Source: Oopsacas minuta (taxonomy: Eukaryota; Animalia; Porifera). Taken from it: 64,000 nt of DNA. The notes beneath the pieces were generated by a model, which had not been told where the DNA came from, made no database searches, and saw only the letters and a program-made list of their open reading frames with translations. The position numbers were made by a program, and so were the translations under genes. Shown here in pieces: positions 12,071 to 25,710 of the stretch. Position 1 is the stretch's first letter, and every line of letters starts with the position of its first letter. The DNA lies in contig JAKMXF010000088.1 of assembly GCA_024704765.1 (NCBI GenBank), positions 62,001 through 126,000 of the forward strand. The letters run 5' to 3'.

Positions 12071-13493
12071 GAATATCTCAAAGGAAACAAATGGAAACCA
12101 AATACATTTTCTATCAATAAATTAATACTATTAACAGTTATTTATAGAACAATGAAAAAGCTACTTCAGAGTCGGTTTCAGTTCCAGTTTTCGCTAACAG
12201 TTGGAACTCGAAACTCAGATTACCCGTGTTTTCGAATTCTCCATATGTAAATACATAAGAATAGCAGTCTACAAATATTTTTCGAGTTTAACATGAGGTA
12301 GTAATTTCGACATAAAATCCTTTGTCAAACAGTGACATAAGCCAAATTTGTGACGTCATAAGTCAGAACCACATGTGCGATCGTTCTGAAATTTACAGAA
12401 GATATTTAGTAGCTTGTTGTTCAGTAATTTTCAGACAAATTGGATTGTCATGAAATGGCTGGTTAACTTGACATGCGTTCAAAGTTAATTCATTGAATTT
12501 TTACAATGTTGACACATGGAGCGAATTATCAGACCTCGCAATTTATAGATGCAATTTGGGATAATATATCCGATCGACGTGGTAGCAGAAAGTCTTGATA
12601 CCGGGGTCGTGTAGATTACTTATAATTATTTGGTGCATTTGTCCAGCGTGTCTTAATTTCGACGCTAAGCCACATGACTAGACTCAGCAAGCCTAGCGGC
12701 GTGTACATGGTGTCACTCAATGAGGTTAAGTTAAAATTTGGTATTGGAATGTTGTCACATTGCTGTGTTGCTACGTAAAATTTCTCCGAATATGGTCAAG
12801 ACCCACCAAATTGCTGGAAATTTGATGCTGAGTACGAATCTGGTGGTTAAAGTTTCCCTAAGGTTGAATTTAATAGAATTTTTTCCATGCCTTAGGCATT
12901 ATATTAAGCATTGGAAACCAAAAGTTGCTTGTTATCTATAATGTCAGGGTACCATGTCATATGACTAAAATAGAAATAGCAATAGAATGAGGCGTGGCCG
13001 AGGAAAATCTCCACAATCGAGTCAAACGTTTTCAATATGTTATTTTGAGAATAGAATGTTGTCACATTCTAGGCGCATTCTTGCGTTGCCAGGGAAAATA
13101 TATCTCCATATATGGTCAAGTGACCACTTGAACGACTGGCGATTATACACTGTTTACGAATATCGACATGTATATTGGATTGTGCACGTTCGATGCATTT
13201 AGCGGGTGTAGAATTAAATGCTATGTATTCATTTGTGGTCACAAATTTAGATAACGAATTGGCAACATTTGTTTTCGAGGTCCTTAGGTCATAAGCTATC
13301 CCAAAATACATCTTGTAAAAAATTCCCACCAAATCCGCAACGAACCATTTATTTTTGTCATAGTGAACCTGATTGTCTCTACCTAAATTTTTAACTGTTT
13401 ATTCAATCTGCGTAATTAGGTTTAGCAGGCCAGGTTATTTACCTAATGTATTTCTCATTAATATTTCGTTAATATTGTCCTATTATTCCCTAG

Positions 13494-13808
13494 GTACTAG
13501 ATGAGGCCTGTGAGATAAAGAAACATTTAGTCACCTTTTCTTCTCTGAATCCACAAATATCCCACTTGTGCTTATCTGGCTATCTTCTCTTCATACGGTT
13601 ATTTTCATTGGAAGAAAACTACTTTTTATTTAAGTCAACAGGAGTTCTCTCGAACGAAGTTAAGAAATGGATACATGTTAAGAACCTTGAGTATGTAGAG
13701 TTGGTTGAGAGGTCTATCGCTGAGGGATTCACTAATTATGTATACACAGAGCCTGGTCAGTTTAAGAGGAGATCAACTGTTACTGAAATGGACCTTACTA
13801 AGAAGCAG
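13494..13808 (+). CDS. RICTOR: RICTOR exon 2
   Basis: TAG|GTA CTA GAT GAG GCC TGT encodes VLDEACEIKKHL...KKWIHVKNLEYVELVERSIAEGFTNY, similar to human EKWHREYNSKYVDLIEEQLNEALTTY. Donor CAG|GTTATT. Confidence 0.88.
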
Positions 13809-14095
13809 GTTATTATATACTACAGTAGAACACCGATAATAAGAACCACGTCAAGAGCAGATCAAAATATCGGTTAGAATTGTTAATCTAGCAAAATTGA
13901 TGCCATGTCTAACAAAATTAGTGAAATGTCCAACAGATTTATGGAATACCTCACAAAATTTATGAAAAATGTAAGAAATCTGATATAGAATACAATAACG
14001 AAATCAGATTATATTAAAAACTTACATAAAATCCCATTTGCTCATCAATTCACAAAAAGCGTTGCGAGTCGCAACGCTTTTTGGGAATTTACTAC

Positions 14096-14300
14096 TCCAT
14101 TTTGTTGTTGTTTAGATGTGCTCTTGACCTACATTATATACTAACTTGTTTAATACATCTTTCAATGAAGAAGTATTACGTATATTACGTATTACTTCAG
14201 GGATGGAATCAGCTAAGCTGTTAACAGCCAAAGAGTAGGCCGCATTCTGCTGCGTTCTCATAGTAAAGTGAGGCTCTGGCCATGCCTGGCTCTTTTTCAA
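14096..14300 (-). mobile_element. 5'-truncated LINE 3' end (CR1/L2-like)
   Basis: The ORF tail AYSLAVNSLADSIPEVIRNIRNTSSLKDVLNKL resembles RT C-termini, and is followed by an (ACA)n tail. Confidence 0.4.
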
Positions 14301-14907
14301 AGTGGGAAAGCTCCGCCCTCTAAGGTTTGTGGAAAATTACTCCCAAAATAAAATAGAAAAGTAACCCCTACTCATAGCGAATTTATTTGAAAAAATGCTG
14401 CTTGAATATAAATCGAAAACCGTCCATTGATATTGATCCAGTTAGCAATTTAGAATTAACATTAATAATGTTCACAGTTTTTCAAAATTTATTATATCTA
14501 TGAGCAGAGTTTCAATGATAAATTTCTAATAAAATTCGAACACAATGAAAATTAATTTTTGCAAAAGTCCAGCCAATTTCAACAAATAATGTCCCAATTA
14601 GCCCGTTTATATGGAAAAATCAGCCTTTGGCCGATTTCATTTTAAATTTCTTTGGAAAAAGCATAGCAGAGACTTAGTCTCTGCCTTCTCTATTAACTGA
14701 ATACTGCCCGGGAAAATATATCATTTTCTGACGTCAAAAAGTGCTGAAATCTCGATTTGGGTGCGGGAATTGGTTAAAACGAAATGATGAAATTTACTTT
14801 GCTCCTTCCCGTTATGAACGTAACACTTCAGCCGTAATTGATTAATGTCTTAAGCCACTGTACTACTATACTTATCATCCTTTAACGTGTCGTTTTCATT
14901 TTCTTAG

Positions 14908-15130
14908 GTTTTTGTCCCTATTCATTTATTCGGACAACTTGCTGCACACCACGAAGGCTGTAACTATATTAGAACGGAGAATTTGATGGATTCATTAATT
15001 GATGTCGTAAAGAAACAGATGCTAGATGATTCTGGAGATGTATTGAAGATGAAAGCAGCTATATGGGCTTTAGGACATATTGGGTCCCAAAGATGTGGAG
15101 TAGAACTTTTGATTGAAGAAAACCTAATCG
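14908..15130 (+). CDS. RICTOR: RICTOR exon 3
   Basis: VFVPIHLFGQLAAHHEGC...KMKAAIWALGHIGSQ, similar to human VYLPIHLYGQLVHHKTGC...KLKASLWALGNIGSS. Not in the ORF track. Confidence 0.9.
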
Positions 15131-15196
15131 GTTAGTAGGAGCATTTTACTTATTTTTTACACATAGATTTCCTCTCATATATTAATTTCTCCTCAG

Positions 15197-15957
15197 ATGA
15201 CCTTGTAGACATGTGTTCTAACTCCCCTGTCCTCACTGTACGGGGTTCCTGCTTTTACTCAATTTGTCTAATCGCTAAGACTCCAGCCGGAACTGAAGCT
15301 CTCTGTAAGCATGGTTGGGTGTCTGTAAGGCATGGTAATGAGTCTAAATGGCCATTGGCTCATGATTTGTTGAGAGAGATAACGAACATGCTGGATCAAG
15401 ATTCTCTTAGAGATGATGTCTCCTGCAGTGGTAAATCTCTTGTGAGCAATCGCACCCAACTCACTAGTTCTTTGAACATACCTACCAAATTTGAGTTTGC
15501 ATCTTCCTCAACAATTTCACAAGACTCTGACAGTCCTTTCTTCCGTAGTTCTTCTCCAGAACCAGCAGGAAGCCCTTTGACTAACCAAGATAACCTTGTT
15601 TCAGAGAAGGCTTCATTATCCCAAACGTATTCACGAGGCAGTCTGCAAAGCTTTCGGAAACGAAATTCTAAAGAGTTTGCCTTAAACCCACATACATCCA
15701 AAACCTACATTGGACTTGCTATCCCTATAAATAAAGATACTATCCTGCAAATGCCTAAAGAGAAAGTTACCTGTACCCGAGTATTCTCTGCTCCCTTATC
15801 TGCAGGAGAATTGAATTGGGAGCTGAAGAGAAACCCAAATAAGATACAAATTGTGGTTATGGATTCTACTGGAAAGTTCAGAGATCGTACTCACACTGGC
15901 GACTCTGCTTTCTCAAGTCAGAGCGGTATTTCAGGAGTATCTCCTATTGCATTGGGG
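15197..15957 (+). CDS. RICTOR: RICTOR exon 4
   Basis: VLTVRGSCFYSICLIAKTPAGTEALCKHGWVSVRH, similar to human VLSIRGTCVYVLGLIAKTKQGCDILKCHNWDAVRH. Followed by a Ser-rich linker and YIGLAIP. Donor GGG|GTAAGT at 15958. Confidence 0.88.
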
Positions 15958-16036
15958 GTAAGTATTGATATATTTACCAAAATATTTTTTGAAAAATTTC
16001 CAGAATGTGTCAATATTCCATTCACAAAACTTATCC

Positions 16037-16569
16037 AAACCCTATCGAGTGAACCATTGTTCGACACTGCTTGACAAATTGAGTCTAGTTATGTACATAT
16101 AAGCCCTCTAAATGGCCTCATTCTTACGCTATCAGCCCCGCGACCTGTCAATTCCCTTGCTATTTTTCCCATATTTCTTGCCAACACATGCTTTTATCGT
16201 TTGTTTTTGGGAGAAAAAGGAACTGTAAATGTATAATACACTGTATCAAACTATCACATGTGCCTATCTAACAAAATATACAAAATATACAAAATATACC
16301 TAGTTGATAGAATTCAGATTATTCCCATTACCACGAATTCTATTTGTGCTATCATTCAGAATGTAGAGTTACTAGTCAATTCAAAATGTAAATTTTTCCC
16401 CAACAAACAATAATATCATGTGTTGGCAAGAAATATGAGAAAAATAGCAAGGGAATTGACAGGTCGCGGGGCCGATAGCGTAATATTGAGGTCATTTAGA
16501 GGCCTTATATGACATAACTAGACTCAATTTGCCGGGCAGTGTCGAACAAGGGTTCACTCGATAGGGTTT
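16037..16569. mobile_element. MITE with about 155-bp inverted arms
   Basis: 16037-16190 is the reverse complement of 16417-16569 (AAACCCTATCGAGTGAACC...TTGCCAACACATG). No clear TSD. Confidence 0.75.
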
Positions 16570-17497
16570 CGTTAAGTTTGGAAATTGGAATATTGACACA
16601 TTCCTGAGACCTTCTTGTGTTCCTATGGATCCCAAATATGACCATGGGACCACTCAAACGAAATTTATGCTGATTACAAAAATAACTAAAATAATGTTAT
16701 CGGACTTCAATCACATAAGTTATTTCAATTTTTCCACTTTATCTTGTTCAATCTGATTACTATGTATTTATCGTGTTTTCCAAGTAACAGAATGAATATA
16801 ACTTCACTAAATATATCGAATATACTGAATCTGATTTTCACACTTTTAAATATATTATCATTATAAATTTTTTGTTTATCTTTTATGAATATAAAGTAAA
16901 AATTCGCCTCTTACTAGTAGGGACTTGTTCCCAACGCGTGAGTTAAGTAAGCTGAATTTGAATTCCGCATTTTCAATTTCTCATATTCAGGGATGATGTT
17001 TTAATGTTAACTGTTAATTAACTGCATTAAATTTGCTGATGAGTATTTCGCCTATCCGCGGATAATATTTTGTCTAGTTTCGTTATCCGCGACACATTAG
17101 CAGTTTGATAGAAAAATTTCACAAATATTGTGGCCAGCAAATAAGTGTACTTTCGATGAAGATCACAAGTATGGAGTTTATATCTTCCCCAATAACATTT
17201 GAAATATCAAGCTCACCACATCGATATACAGTCAACATCCGGTAACTCGAAACCCATTAACTTGAACATTCGTTATCTGGAACGAATTTCATTCCCCCTC
17301 ATTTTACTATTCGGTTTATAGAGAAAAACATTTCGCTATTCCCAGGGCTGGCTCAAGAGTGGCTGCGATCCCTGCGAATGCAGGGATCCCCTGAATAAAG
17401 GCCCTCAAATAATTGGGGAAGGGGGCAGTCGCTTCCCTAATATATGTAAACCCTTATTATCAAAACATTTTCTGAATTTCCTTACTCTCTTCTTTAG

Positions 17498-17746
17498 GTA
17501 CCAACTGGGTTATCACCTCAAAAGAAGCTTTCCGGTGCGTCACCTCGCGCCTTGTCCCTGAAAGAACCACAGGGCGCATCTTCAACTAGTGATAATTCTG
17601 GATCTGCGACAATTACCATTGAAACATTGTTAGAAGCAGTATCACAACTGAGCAGTCAACTCTCTTTAGATAGTAAACGCAACAATCTTCTCAAGATAAA
17701 AGCTAAACACCCAAATTTATTCAATGACTTATCAATTTATATACAG
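17498..17746 (+). CDS. RICTOR: RICTOR exon 5
   Basis: LLEAVSQLSSQLSLDSKRNNLLKIKAKHPNLFNDLSIYIQ, similar to human LVINLSSSVSTKCHETGLLTIKEKYPQTFDDICLYSE. Phase-0 junctions. Confidence 0.85.
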
Positions 17747-18596
17747 GTAATTGACCATAGGCGCCAGAATTCAATTTGTCAGGGTGGGTTGAACACATTT
17801 AAACTCCAAATATGTATTTAGCGAATTTTGGATACAATTTATTGTCTTTACTACAAATCTAATCTATAATATAAATGATACTAATAAGTCTTAATATGCA
17901 AGAAGTTTTCTATATTTCTGGAATTGCGAAGGTTAATTCCCTCTGCTTAATTAAATTTCTAATAGAATTTCGAACCTGAGACAAAACTTATTACAACTAG
18001 GAATAATTATCAACAAGTATAAATATATATGCTAAAAAACCAATGTAAGTGCTCTAGTTATATCCGATAACACTTGCCACATGACCTCAATGGATAATAC
18101 TAATTAAAATTATAACACTTACATTTAGAAAACACATGTCTGGGGATAAATGCAAGTAGGATAATTGACAAGTGACAACCAATATTTATCTCGGCAATGA
18201 GCAAATCTGAGTGGATAAAACCCACACTAAAAAGTATCAGAGTGGCTCAAAACTCACCCTGAAAAATTTCCCTCATATGCCAACATGAAGCCATGCCACC
18301 CATCCACCCTTAATTCATTGACTGCGCCAGAGGATCAGTTGCACACTGTGACTAATTTGAGTGGGAGGGAGTGTAACCACTCGGTTCTACCGACCAAAAT
18401 GGACCTATTTAAAGTAGGATATGTGTATTGTATCATCATACCTCATATATAATCAAAATAAGCGACAATTACATAAATTACGTCATAATTTCGTCATAGG
18501 TGTGAAAATTTTCCAAGACTTGAACTTGTCCGAGCCAGGCCATCAATACCCCCGTATGCCAAATAACCAGTTCTGGGACAAAGATCTATATTATTA

Positions 18597-19108
18597 AAGG
18601 GGGCGCTGCATTAGGTCGAATTAAGACGTTGTGATAGATCGAATTTATTTTAGCTATGTTGTAGATAAACCGATATGGAAATGGATTTATAGAAACGAGG
18701 ACGTGATAGGACATTTTATTGTATTAATTATAAACCCGTACCATTGGGAGGGGATTAGGGATTTTGTTCACTATCTAATCGGTCTGGGAGTTTTCACTTG
18801 TACTCGTTATTAAGTTACCTAGGGGCGGAGATGTGGAGTCCATGCTAATTTTGTGTTTGGATGGACCTTTGTTGGATTAATTATTAGAAAAGTTTGCTAA
18901 ATGGGGGATCGCTGGATTTTTTGCTTTTAAAGCGTTTGTGCAGGTTTTTTAGAAATTTATGGAAGCATTCAGTGTATCTCAAAATATCAATTAGCCTTAA
19001 AAAAGAGATATTCTTACCTAATATACATTCGCTCTATCGACAACTTCGCTATAATTGAATTCGACCTAATGCCAACACATGGAATTCGACCTAATGCAGG
19101 CGCCCCTT
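18597..19108. mobile_element. TIR element inserted into the head of a Helitron-like repeat
   Basis: TIR AAGGGG(G)CGC(C)TGCATTAGGTCGAATT at both ends. The flanks rejoin to give TCTATATTATTAAA..TCTCAATTGTTGTTTG, as seen uninterrupted at about 41925 and 42535. Confidence 0.65.
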
Positions 19109-19458
19109 ATTCAATCTCAATTGTTGTTTGTTTGTCTGTTTGTTTGTCCGTTGTTAAGGAATGGATTTACGTTATGCAATTTTATAATTTTCGCATATGT
19201 ATTTATCGTGTTTATCAAGGAAGTAAATAGAATTCAATAAAACTTCACTAAATATATCGAACATGTTGAATCCGATTTTCACACTTTTGGATTAATCATA
19301 TGTAAATTTATTGTTGTTTTTATGAATATAATGGAAACAAATTAGCAAAAATTTACCTAGATACCTGCTCTCAACGGCTACAAAGGGAGTTGATATTACT
19401 AAATACTTCAATAATATATACGTATATTTGTGAATTACATTGTTCTAAATATGTATAT

Positions 19459-20565
19459 CAGGCTTGTCCAACCTACGGCCCGCGGGCCACAATCCGGCCC
19501 GCCAACATGCTCGGCAACTGTTACCAGTTGGTGGTGATATTTAATTGTGTGAAACCTATTTGAGCGAACTCAATTAAGAGAAACCCAATATTACGAAACC
19601 AAATTGAATGAAACCCCATTTTCAGAAAAGTGTGATTCAATAACTTAAAAATCCTTAAATAACTTTGTAATTTAGTTTTGATCGAGTAATAATCTGTCAC
19701 ATAACTGGGTTTCTCTCAACTGGAACAGCTCATATAAATTCCAAATAATAAACCATCTTAAACAATATTAAAATAACTACAAAACAAATATGTCAACTCC
19801 CGTGATTAAAGCAAAGAAAAGGAAAATTGATAGTGAATGTCGAGTTTTCAAATCCTCATGGACATTAGATTTTTTCGTCGTATAACACAACGAATGCTTA
19901 TTGTGCTTGATATGTCAGGAGAAGATAGCTGTATTCAAAGAGTATAATATCAAACGACATTACTCTACTAAACATGCAGATACATTTGACACGCTTACAG
20001 GTCAGGTGATCCGTTTGGAACTGTTGCCACTAATGCTCCTGAAATGTTCCAACTGGAACTAATTGAAATACAAAATAACTCGGAGAGAAAGAGAGCTTTT
20101 GCAGGGCATGACCTTCTGACATTTTATGGTCAAAATGTTACATCGGATCAATTTCCTAATTTATCGCAACACGCCCTTAGGTTCCTTTCCTTATTTGGCA
20201 GCACGTATTGCTGTGAACAGCTTTTCTCAATGATGAAAAATATTAAAGCAAGTCTAGATCACTCCTGACAGACACTCATCTATCAGGAATATTACGGATT
20301 GCGACATCAAGTGTACGAGCAGATATTGACTCTTTGTGTAAACAAAAACAAAGTCAGATATCCCATTAGATATGTTCTTTATCATTAAAGTTTACTATAA
20401 TTTAATAAAACATGTAGTGATTTTTCAATTCTGAAATAATCCGTATTAACGCCATCCCCAAATAAATAACATCATGCTACCTTGATATATCTAATGTCGT
20501 GCGGCCCTCAAGTAGTTAAAGAAGCCCTTATTTGGCCAGCGAACAAAAAAGGTTGGACAAGCCTG
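19459..20565 (+). mobile_element. internally deleted hAT (Buster-like) transposon
   Basis: 15-bp TIR CAGGCTTGTCCAACC; TSD ATGTATAT/ATATATAT (7/8). Retains the 5' BED finger (CLICQEKIAVFKEYNIKRHYSTKH) and the 3' dimerisation region (LFGSTYCCEQLFSMMK). Confidence 0.88.
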
Positions 20566-21498
20566 ATATATATATATTATAATACTCAAAGTAACGTCAA
20601 TTTGATGGAGACTAATGGATTCCTCGAGACGCAATGCTCCGAGTTCATCGCGAAGCGACGAGCCAAAGGCTCGGAGGTATGTATATTTGTTATGGGTGAT
20701 ATGAGAAATTGTGCATTTTGCAATGTCTCCTTCCTTGGGCAATCAGCATAATGACCAGCAATTATTTATAATTTCCACCAATTTGCAAAATGTCCAGCAA
20801 TTTGGACATACGTACCTAATTTACTGAACGGATCATTTTAGGGATCCCTGTCCCTAAATCGCGCTTACAACGGAATGGACGGAACGATTTATGCCTAAAC
20901 TACTGAACGTAACGGAATGCAACAATTGGTACTATAATTACTTACACAACTAGCATATATTAATCAAAATTGTTTTTCAAATCTCAGCCTAGTTGACCAA
21001 TTTATAATATACAGTGGGACCTCGTTAATAGGAACACTAACAAATTGTTAAAATTTATGATTTTATCGGATCCGCTGTCTTGGTCATATAATAGAATGTT
21101 CATAATTAGCGGGTTTATAATAAGTGACCCTGACTGTAATATAGTCAATTCTCATGATAACGAAGGGTTTAGGAGCCGGTAAAGTACTTCGGTTAGTGGT
21201 TGACTTAGTACATACTAATTTTACTGTGCAGACTATACTTTGGCATAGTGGCCCAGTATTGAAATTACCTACATTCTTTTTAATTAGGGTATTCAATACG
21301 CTGATTCTGAATTTAGCACTCTTCAATTTGTACCGATAAAATCTCCTCCAGTATTACATTCTATTAATATTATTTAGTCAACTCATAATTATTGCAAACA
21401 AATTGAACATTTTAAGTACTGGATAATCATAGTAAAATGTAAAGAAACAGTTTGATGGATTTTAAATCCGAGCTGAGCAATGAAAAAAAACAAATTTA

Positions 21499-21670
21499 CA
21501 ACCTGTGCCGACAGCTTATTCTATTAAATTCAATTTGTTTAAAAAGTAGCACAATTAACTGGAGGTATTATGATATTGGGATTAAACCTAACCTTTCATA
21601 GTGCCTCCAATTAAAAGTGCCACTTTTTAAACAATTTTAATTTAATAGAATAAGCTGTCGGCACAGGTTG
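21499..21670. mobile_element. palindromic MITE (CAACCTGTGCCGAC family), copy 1
   Basis: TIR of about 31 bp, CAACCTGTGCCGACAGCTTATTCTATTAAAT, with TA flanks. Confidence 0.8.
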
Positions 21671-22015
21671 TAAATTTTTTTTTTCCAGAGGCGGTAAGTC
21701 TTATCTCAGTTCAACGGTATAGAGGACTGGGGAAACATTTGAAATTGTGAAAACTGAATATATTTCAGAAAACTAGTCGTCAATAATAACTGAGGGACTT
21801 ATTTTTCGAAATGGGAGCTAATTTACGCAAATCCGTTGGATTAACAAACTCAGGGCGCCAATTTATATTACCAGTATGATGGAGAGAGAATTATACAGAA
21901 ATTTATAGTAATTCAGAATATTTACTTTGAAAAAATCCGAACTCACCATTTAGGACAAAATCTAGAATCATTAATGATAAATTCGGATTTCCTCTAATAT
22001 AATTACTAACTCAGC

Positions 22016-22088
22016 AGGGTTGCCGTGGGAACCAGAATTCCTATATAGATCCTTTTGGAATGGAAATTTCGTTCCCACGGCAACCGTG
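22016..22088. mobile_element. short hAT-like MITE
   Basis: CAGGGTTGCCGTGGGA ... TCCCACGGCAACCGTG; flanks TAACTCAG/TTACTTAG (6/8). Relatives at about 25201 and 28717-28798. Confidence 0.55.
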
Positions 22089-23522
22089 TTACTTAGATAC
22101 TGAATTATAGAAATATTCTACATAGTGATAGAGTGCCTAATGTGTGTTTTTGTATGCCATGATGATGTAAAAGATCATCGATCGGCCAAAAAATTGATTT
22201 GATAGAATAATTGAATTAATTTGCCAGATTAATTGAATTTCTAATCCTAACAAAGTCACTAATCCAGACGAATTATTTTGCAATTCAAACAATGCTATTC
22301 AGATTAGCGAAGGTGTATTGTATTGATTCTGATTCTATTTAGCACCTTGTATAGGCGGATCCAGGGGGCCTGGGTCCCTCCTTCGAGGGCGAAGGTAGTC
22401 TTATATTTAGTTTTATCTCAATATCGAGCTCCCATTTTCCTCAGTAAGTAGCCCAATTTCCTCAGCACCCCAAAACTTTCTCGCTCGCTCGTCTTGATTC
22501 CCTAAATACTTCTACAAGGGAATTGAACCAGCCAACAACTTTGCATATATGTGGTCAATACTGACAATTAATCCTTTATCAAAACTGAAATCATTTACCA
22601 AGTAATTATTCTCTACGCTTGTACATAACGGCGAAATACATCCAATCCCTATACAGTACAGAGAATCCCAGTACTGTGTCACAACTATGCACACTTGACT
22701 TTACATTAGTTAGTTACTGAATCTTCATTCGTTAGCCTGGAATTAATCCGAGATAAAAATGACAATACGTCAGTACTAGTATGTGGGAATTAGCGTAGAA
22801 ATTGACTTGTATATATCATATACCGTATTACTGCGAATAATATAGCCTGGGTGATTACTAATTTCAATAATATATCCGGGGCGATTATTAATTTCAAGCC
22901 CCCTTGAGAGGGAAGTTTCAATTTTTGTAAACACGATAATTTGGATATAAGCATACCTATGTGCTCGCATTATGTCCATTTAACCTACAAACAGGAATTG
23001 ATCAAAATAAAGGGGATACAATGATTCACTTAAGCAGTTATTATTTTTAGGAGACTCAGGGGGCGATTATTCGAGGTAATACAGTATCTAAGTCAAATGT
23101 TTCTGGGGTACAACGCCCAGACCCCACTATAAATTGCTCGCTTCAGTCGCTTAAGTTTCGGGCTCCCTTTTGAGCATTTCTTGATCCGCTAATGTGGCTT
23201 GTATGGATCTTGTTCTAAATCTAGGAACGTAACCTCACCATTCTCATTAAACTACAGTCTTACAGTCTTCGCGGCGATTTCAGGAACGTTACCCTCAGCC
23301 AACGGCGAGGGATCCCTGTACCTAATTTCTTTGAAAATTCTGGATTATTATCCCCCAACCATAAATTCTTGGCAATGCGAAACTCCCGTTATAACGTAAG
23401 TGGATCCTAGATCCGAGTACTTTGTTATAACGACAGTTTAATGTATATATTTTGATTGATTACCTTATCCACCCAAATTAGTTCCTTGTTAATTTCTAAA
23501 TTATTATACTTATAGTATCTAG

Positions 23523-23720
23523 GTAATTACGATCTTATCAAACTATCGGTTCTCTATGGAAAACAGAAAATTCATTCAAGCCATGTTTGAGCAGAATGTG
23601 TTTGATTCTTTATCCTTTGACAATGTAAATGCAGGAAATGAAGAAGCCTCATCAGCCGATAATGTTACGAAGAGCCTCACCCCAGATTTGCAGCCTCTAC
23701 CCACACAAACTAGCGTTAAG
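23523..23720 (+). CDS. RICTOR: RICTOR exon 6
   Basis: VITILSNYRFSMENRKFIQAMFE, similar to human VSHLLSHCTFRLPCRRFIQELF. The 3' donor (AAG|GTTACA) is weak and uncertain. Confidence 0.8.
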
Positions 23721-24322
23721 GTTACAAAATTTATGTTAATATTATACATATTTGTATTTCATAGCCATAACTTAGAAACAATATGAATTTCGAATTTATA
23801 ATTAACCCATATTTAAAAGTCTACTTTATCTATTATGCGTGAAGTGATTATCTTTTATCCCTTTTGGCATCCTACAAGTAGACTCTGTCAGTTTTCCTAA
23901 CCTGAGAGAGGGGAAGGTATGCTATATTTGTTACTGACAATTACGAAACTTTGTATTAAATTATGCTAAGTTTAACCTGCTGTCCTTATATTTGTTGCCT
24001 TCTTGCATTGATAATGTTCTGCGCTAAGTAGGAATTTGCCACGTATGAATATTCATACTTGGTGCAACCCACTTGGAATATTTTTCTATAGACATTTTCC
24101 CTTGGATCAATGTTAGACATTCTTTTAGGGAATTGTTTGGATGTTTGGATTCCCCTTGGTTGTTGGTTGGTGTAGTTGAATGCATGTTGACATGGGTAAA
24201 AGGATAGTATCTATCTACTAGTTAATTATAATACTTTTACTGTTGTATTTGTGCATTTACTTTACTATTTGTATTGAGATGAAGAATTTTCCCTTGGATT
24301 AGTGTCAGACATCCCATTATTG

Positions 24323-24624
24323 CAGGGGTGGGCAAACTGCGGCCCGCTTGTGATTTTGAACCGGCCCGCCTGGCTTAAGTTATTTGAGTACGTTTATCAC
24401 CAAGAAAACCTATTTTGACATACTACTATAAATGCAGAATCAGCTGCATTACTCTCATTAACAATAATTGCTAATTCTTATGTATAGTTATTGTTTATTT
24501 TACAATTAGCTGTCAAGTTTCTCCAATAAATTAGAACATGGAACGTAGCCGTAGGTCAATATCGCCTACATAAATATTTGGAATTAGAATGCAGTCCGCG
24601 CAGGAAAGCGTTTGTCCACCCCTG
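24323..24624. mobile_element. hAT MITE (302 bp)
   Basis: TIR CAGGGGTGG(G/A)CAAAC; TSD CATTATTG/CATTATGG (7/8). Confidence 0.8.
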
Positions 24625-25545
24625 CATTATGGAGTAATTCGATTATTATCATTGTCGAAATACGTTGGAAATGCAACCCGTTAAATTTCATAATGCATTA
24701 ATTCCTACTTTACTCTGCGCCAAGTAGGAATATATCTTGTTAATTTCCTTGAGTTTCATGAACTATTATAATGGTCCTAAACTGAGGAATTACTCCCTGT
24801 GGGAATATTTTTTCTGTTTTACTTTTTCCCTATCGAATACGGAACTAACTTTTTTAGCTTCGTCCTCCTCATACGACCGCCTCAATTACCATTCCCTATT
24901 CCTCCTCTCGAAAATTGATTTTATCATCAATTTTGGAGTAAGATTAGCTGTAAATAATGTCAAGCATGTTAGTAACTGATAAGAGCTTATATTACTGCGA
25001 TACTTGTCCTTGCCTATTGATACGATCAAACGAGGGTAGCAATATTTAAAGAACCACTGCACTATGTTTAGCACCCTTCTATTTCTAGTACAGCTAACAA
25101 TATACGTCGCATAGGCAGGAATTCTTTCAACCTACTTTTATTATCTGCCCCTGGGTTTAGGTATAGAAGGCTCATATTGTGCCAAATAGTACAGACAATT
25201 CAAGGTAGCCGTGGGAAATCCTATGTGAATGGGAAAATGCATGTAACTCCTCTAGTTTAAATTGAAACGAATTTTCCTGAGTCCCGAGTCCTGACACATT
25301 CCTAAATTGCTAGAGAAAATATTCCAAAATACATTCAATTACCACTTAAACGATGCGAAATTTTTCACCCTTTCGATTTAAACTAAATGAGTTACATGCA
25401 TTTTAAATCTTCAAAATGTGTCCAAAAGTGGCACATTTAAGTGACCATATTTGGTAAATGCAGCAGCTTCCGTCTGTTTACCAAAATTATTCTGACTACT
25501 GGATGGTATAGTTAAGTGAAATGCATAGTGAAACATCTAAAATTA

Positions 25546-25710
25546 CAACCTGTGCCGACAGCTTAGTCTATTAATTAAATTTTTTTAAAGTGGTACTAGT
25601 AATCGGAGGCACTATCTCTATTTGGTTAAATTTAACATTTATAATTCTTCCTATTACCAGTACTACTATAAACAAGTTTAATTAATAGACTAAGCTGTCT
25701 GCACAGGTTG
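25546..25710. mobile_element. palindromic MITE (CAACCTGTGCCGAC family), copy 2
   Basis: Same TIR as 21499-21670. A partial third copy is at about 26987. Confidence 0.75.
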
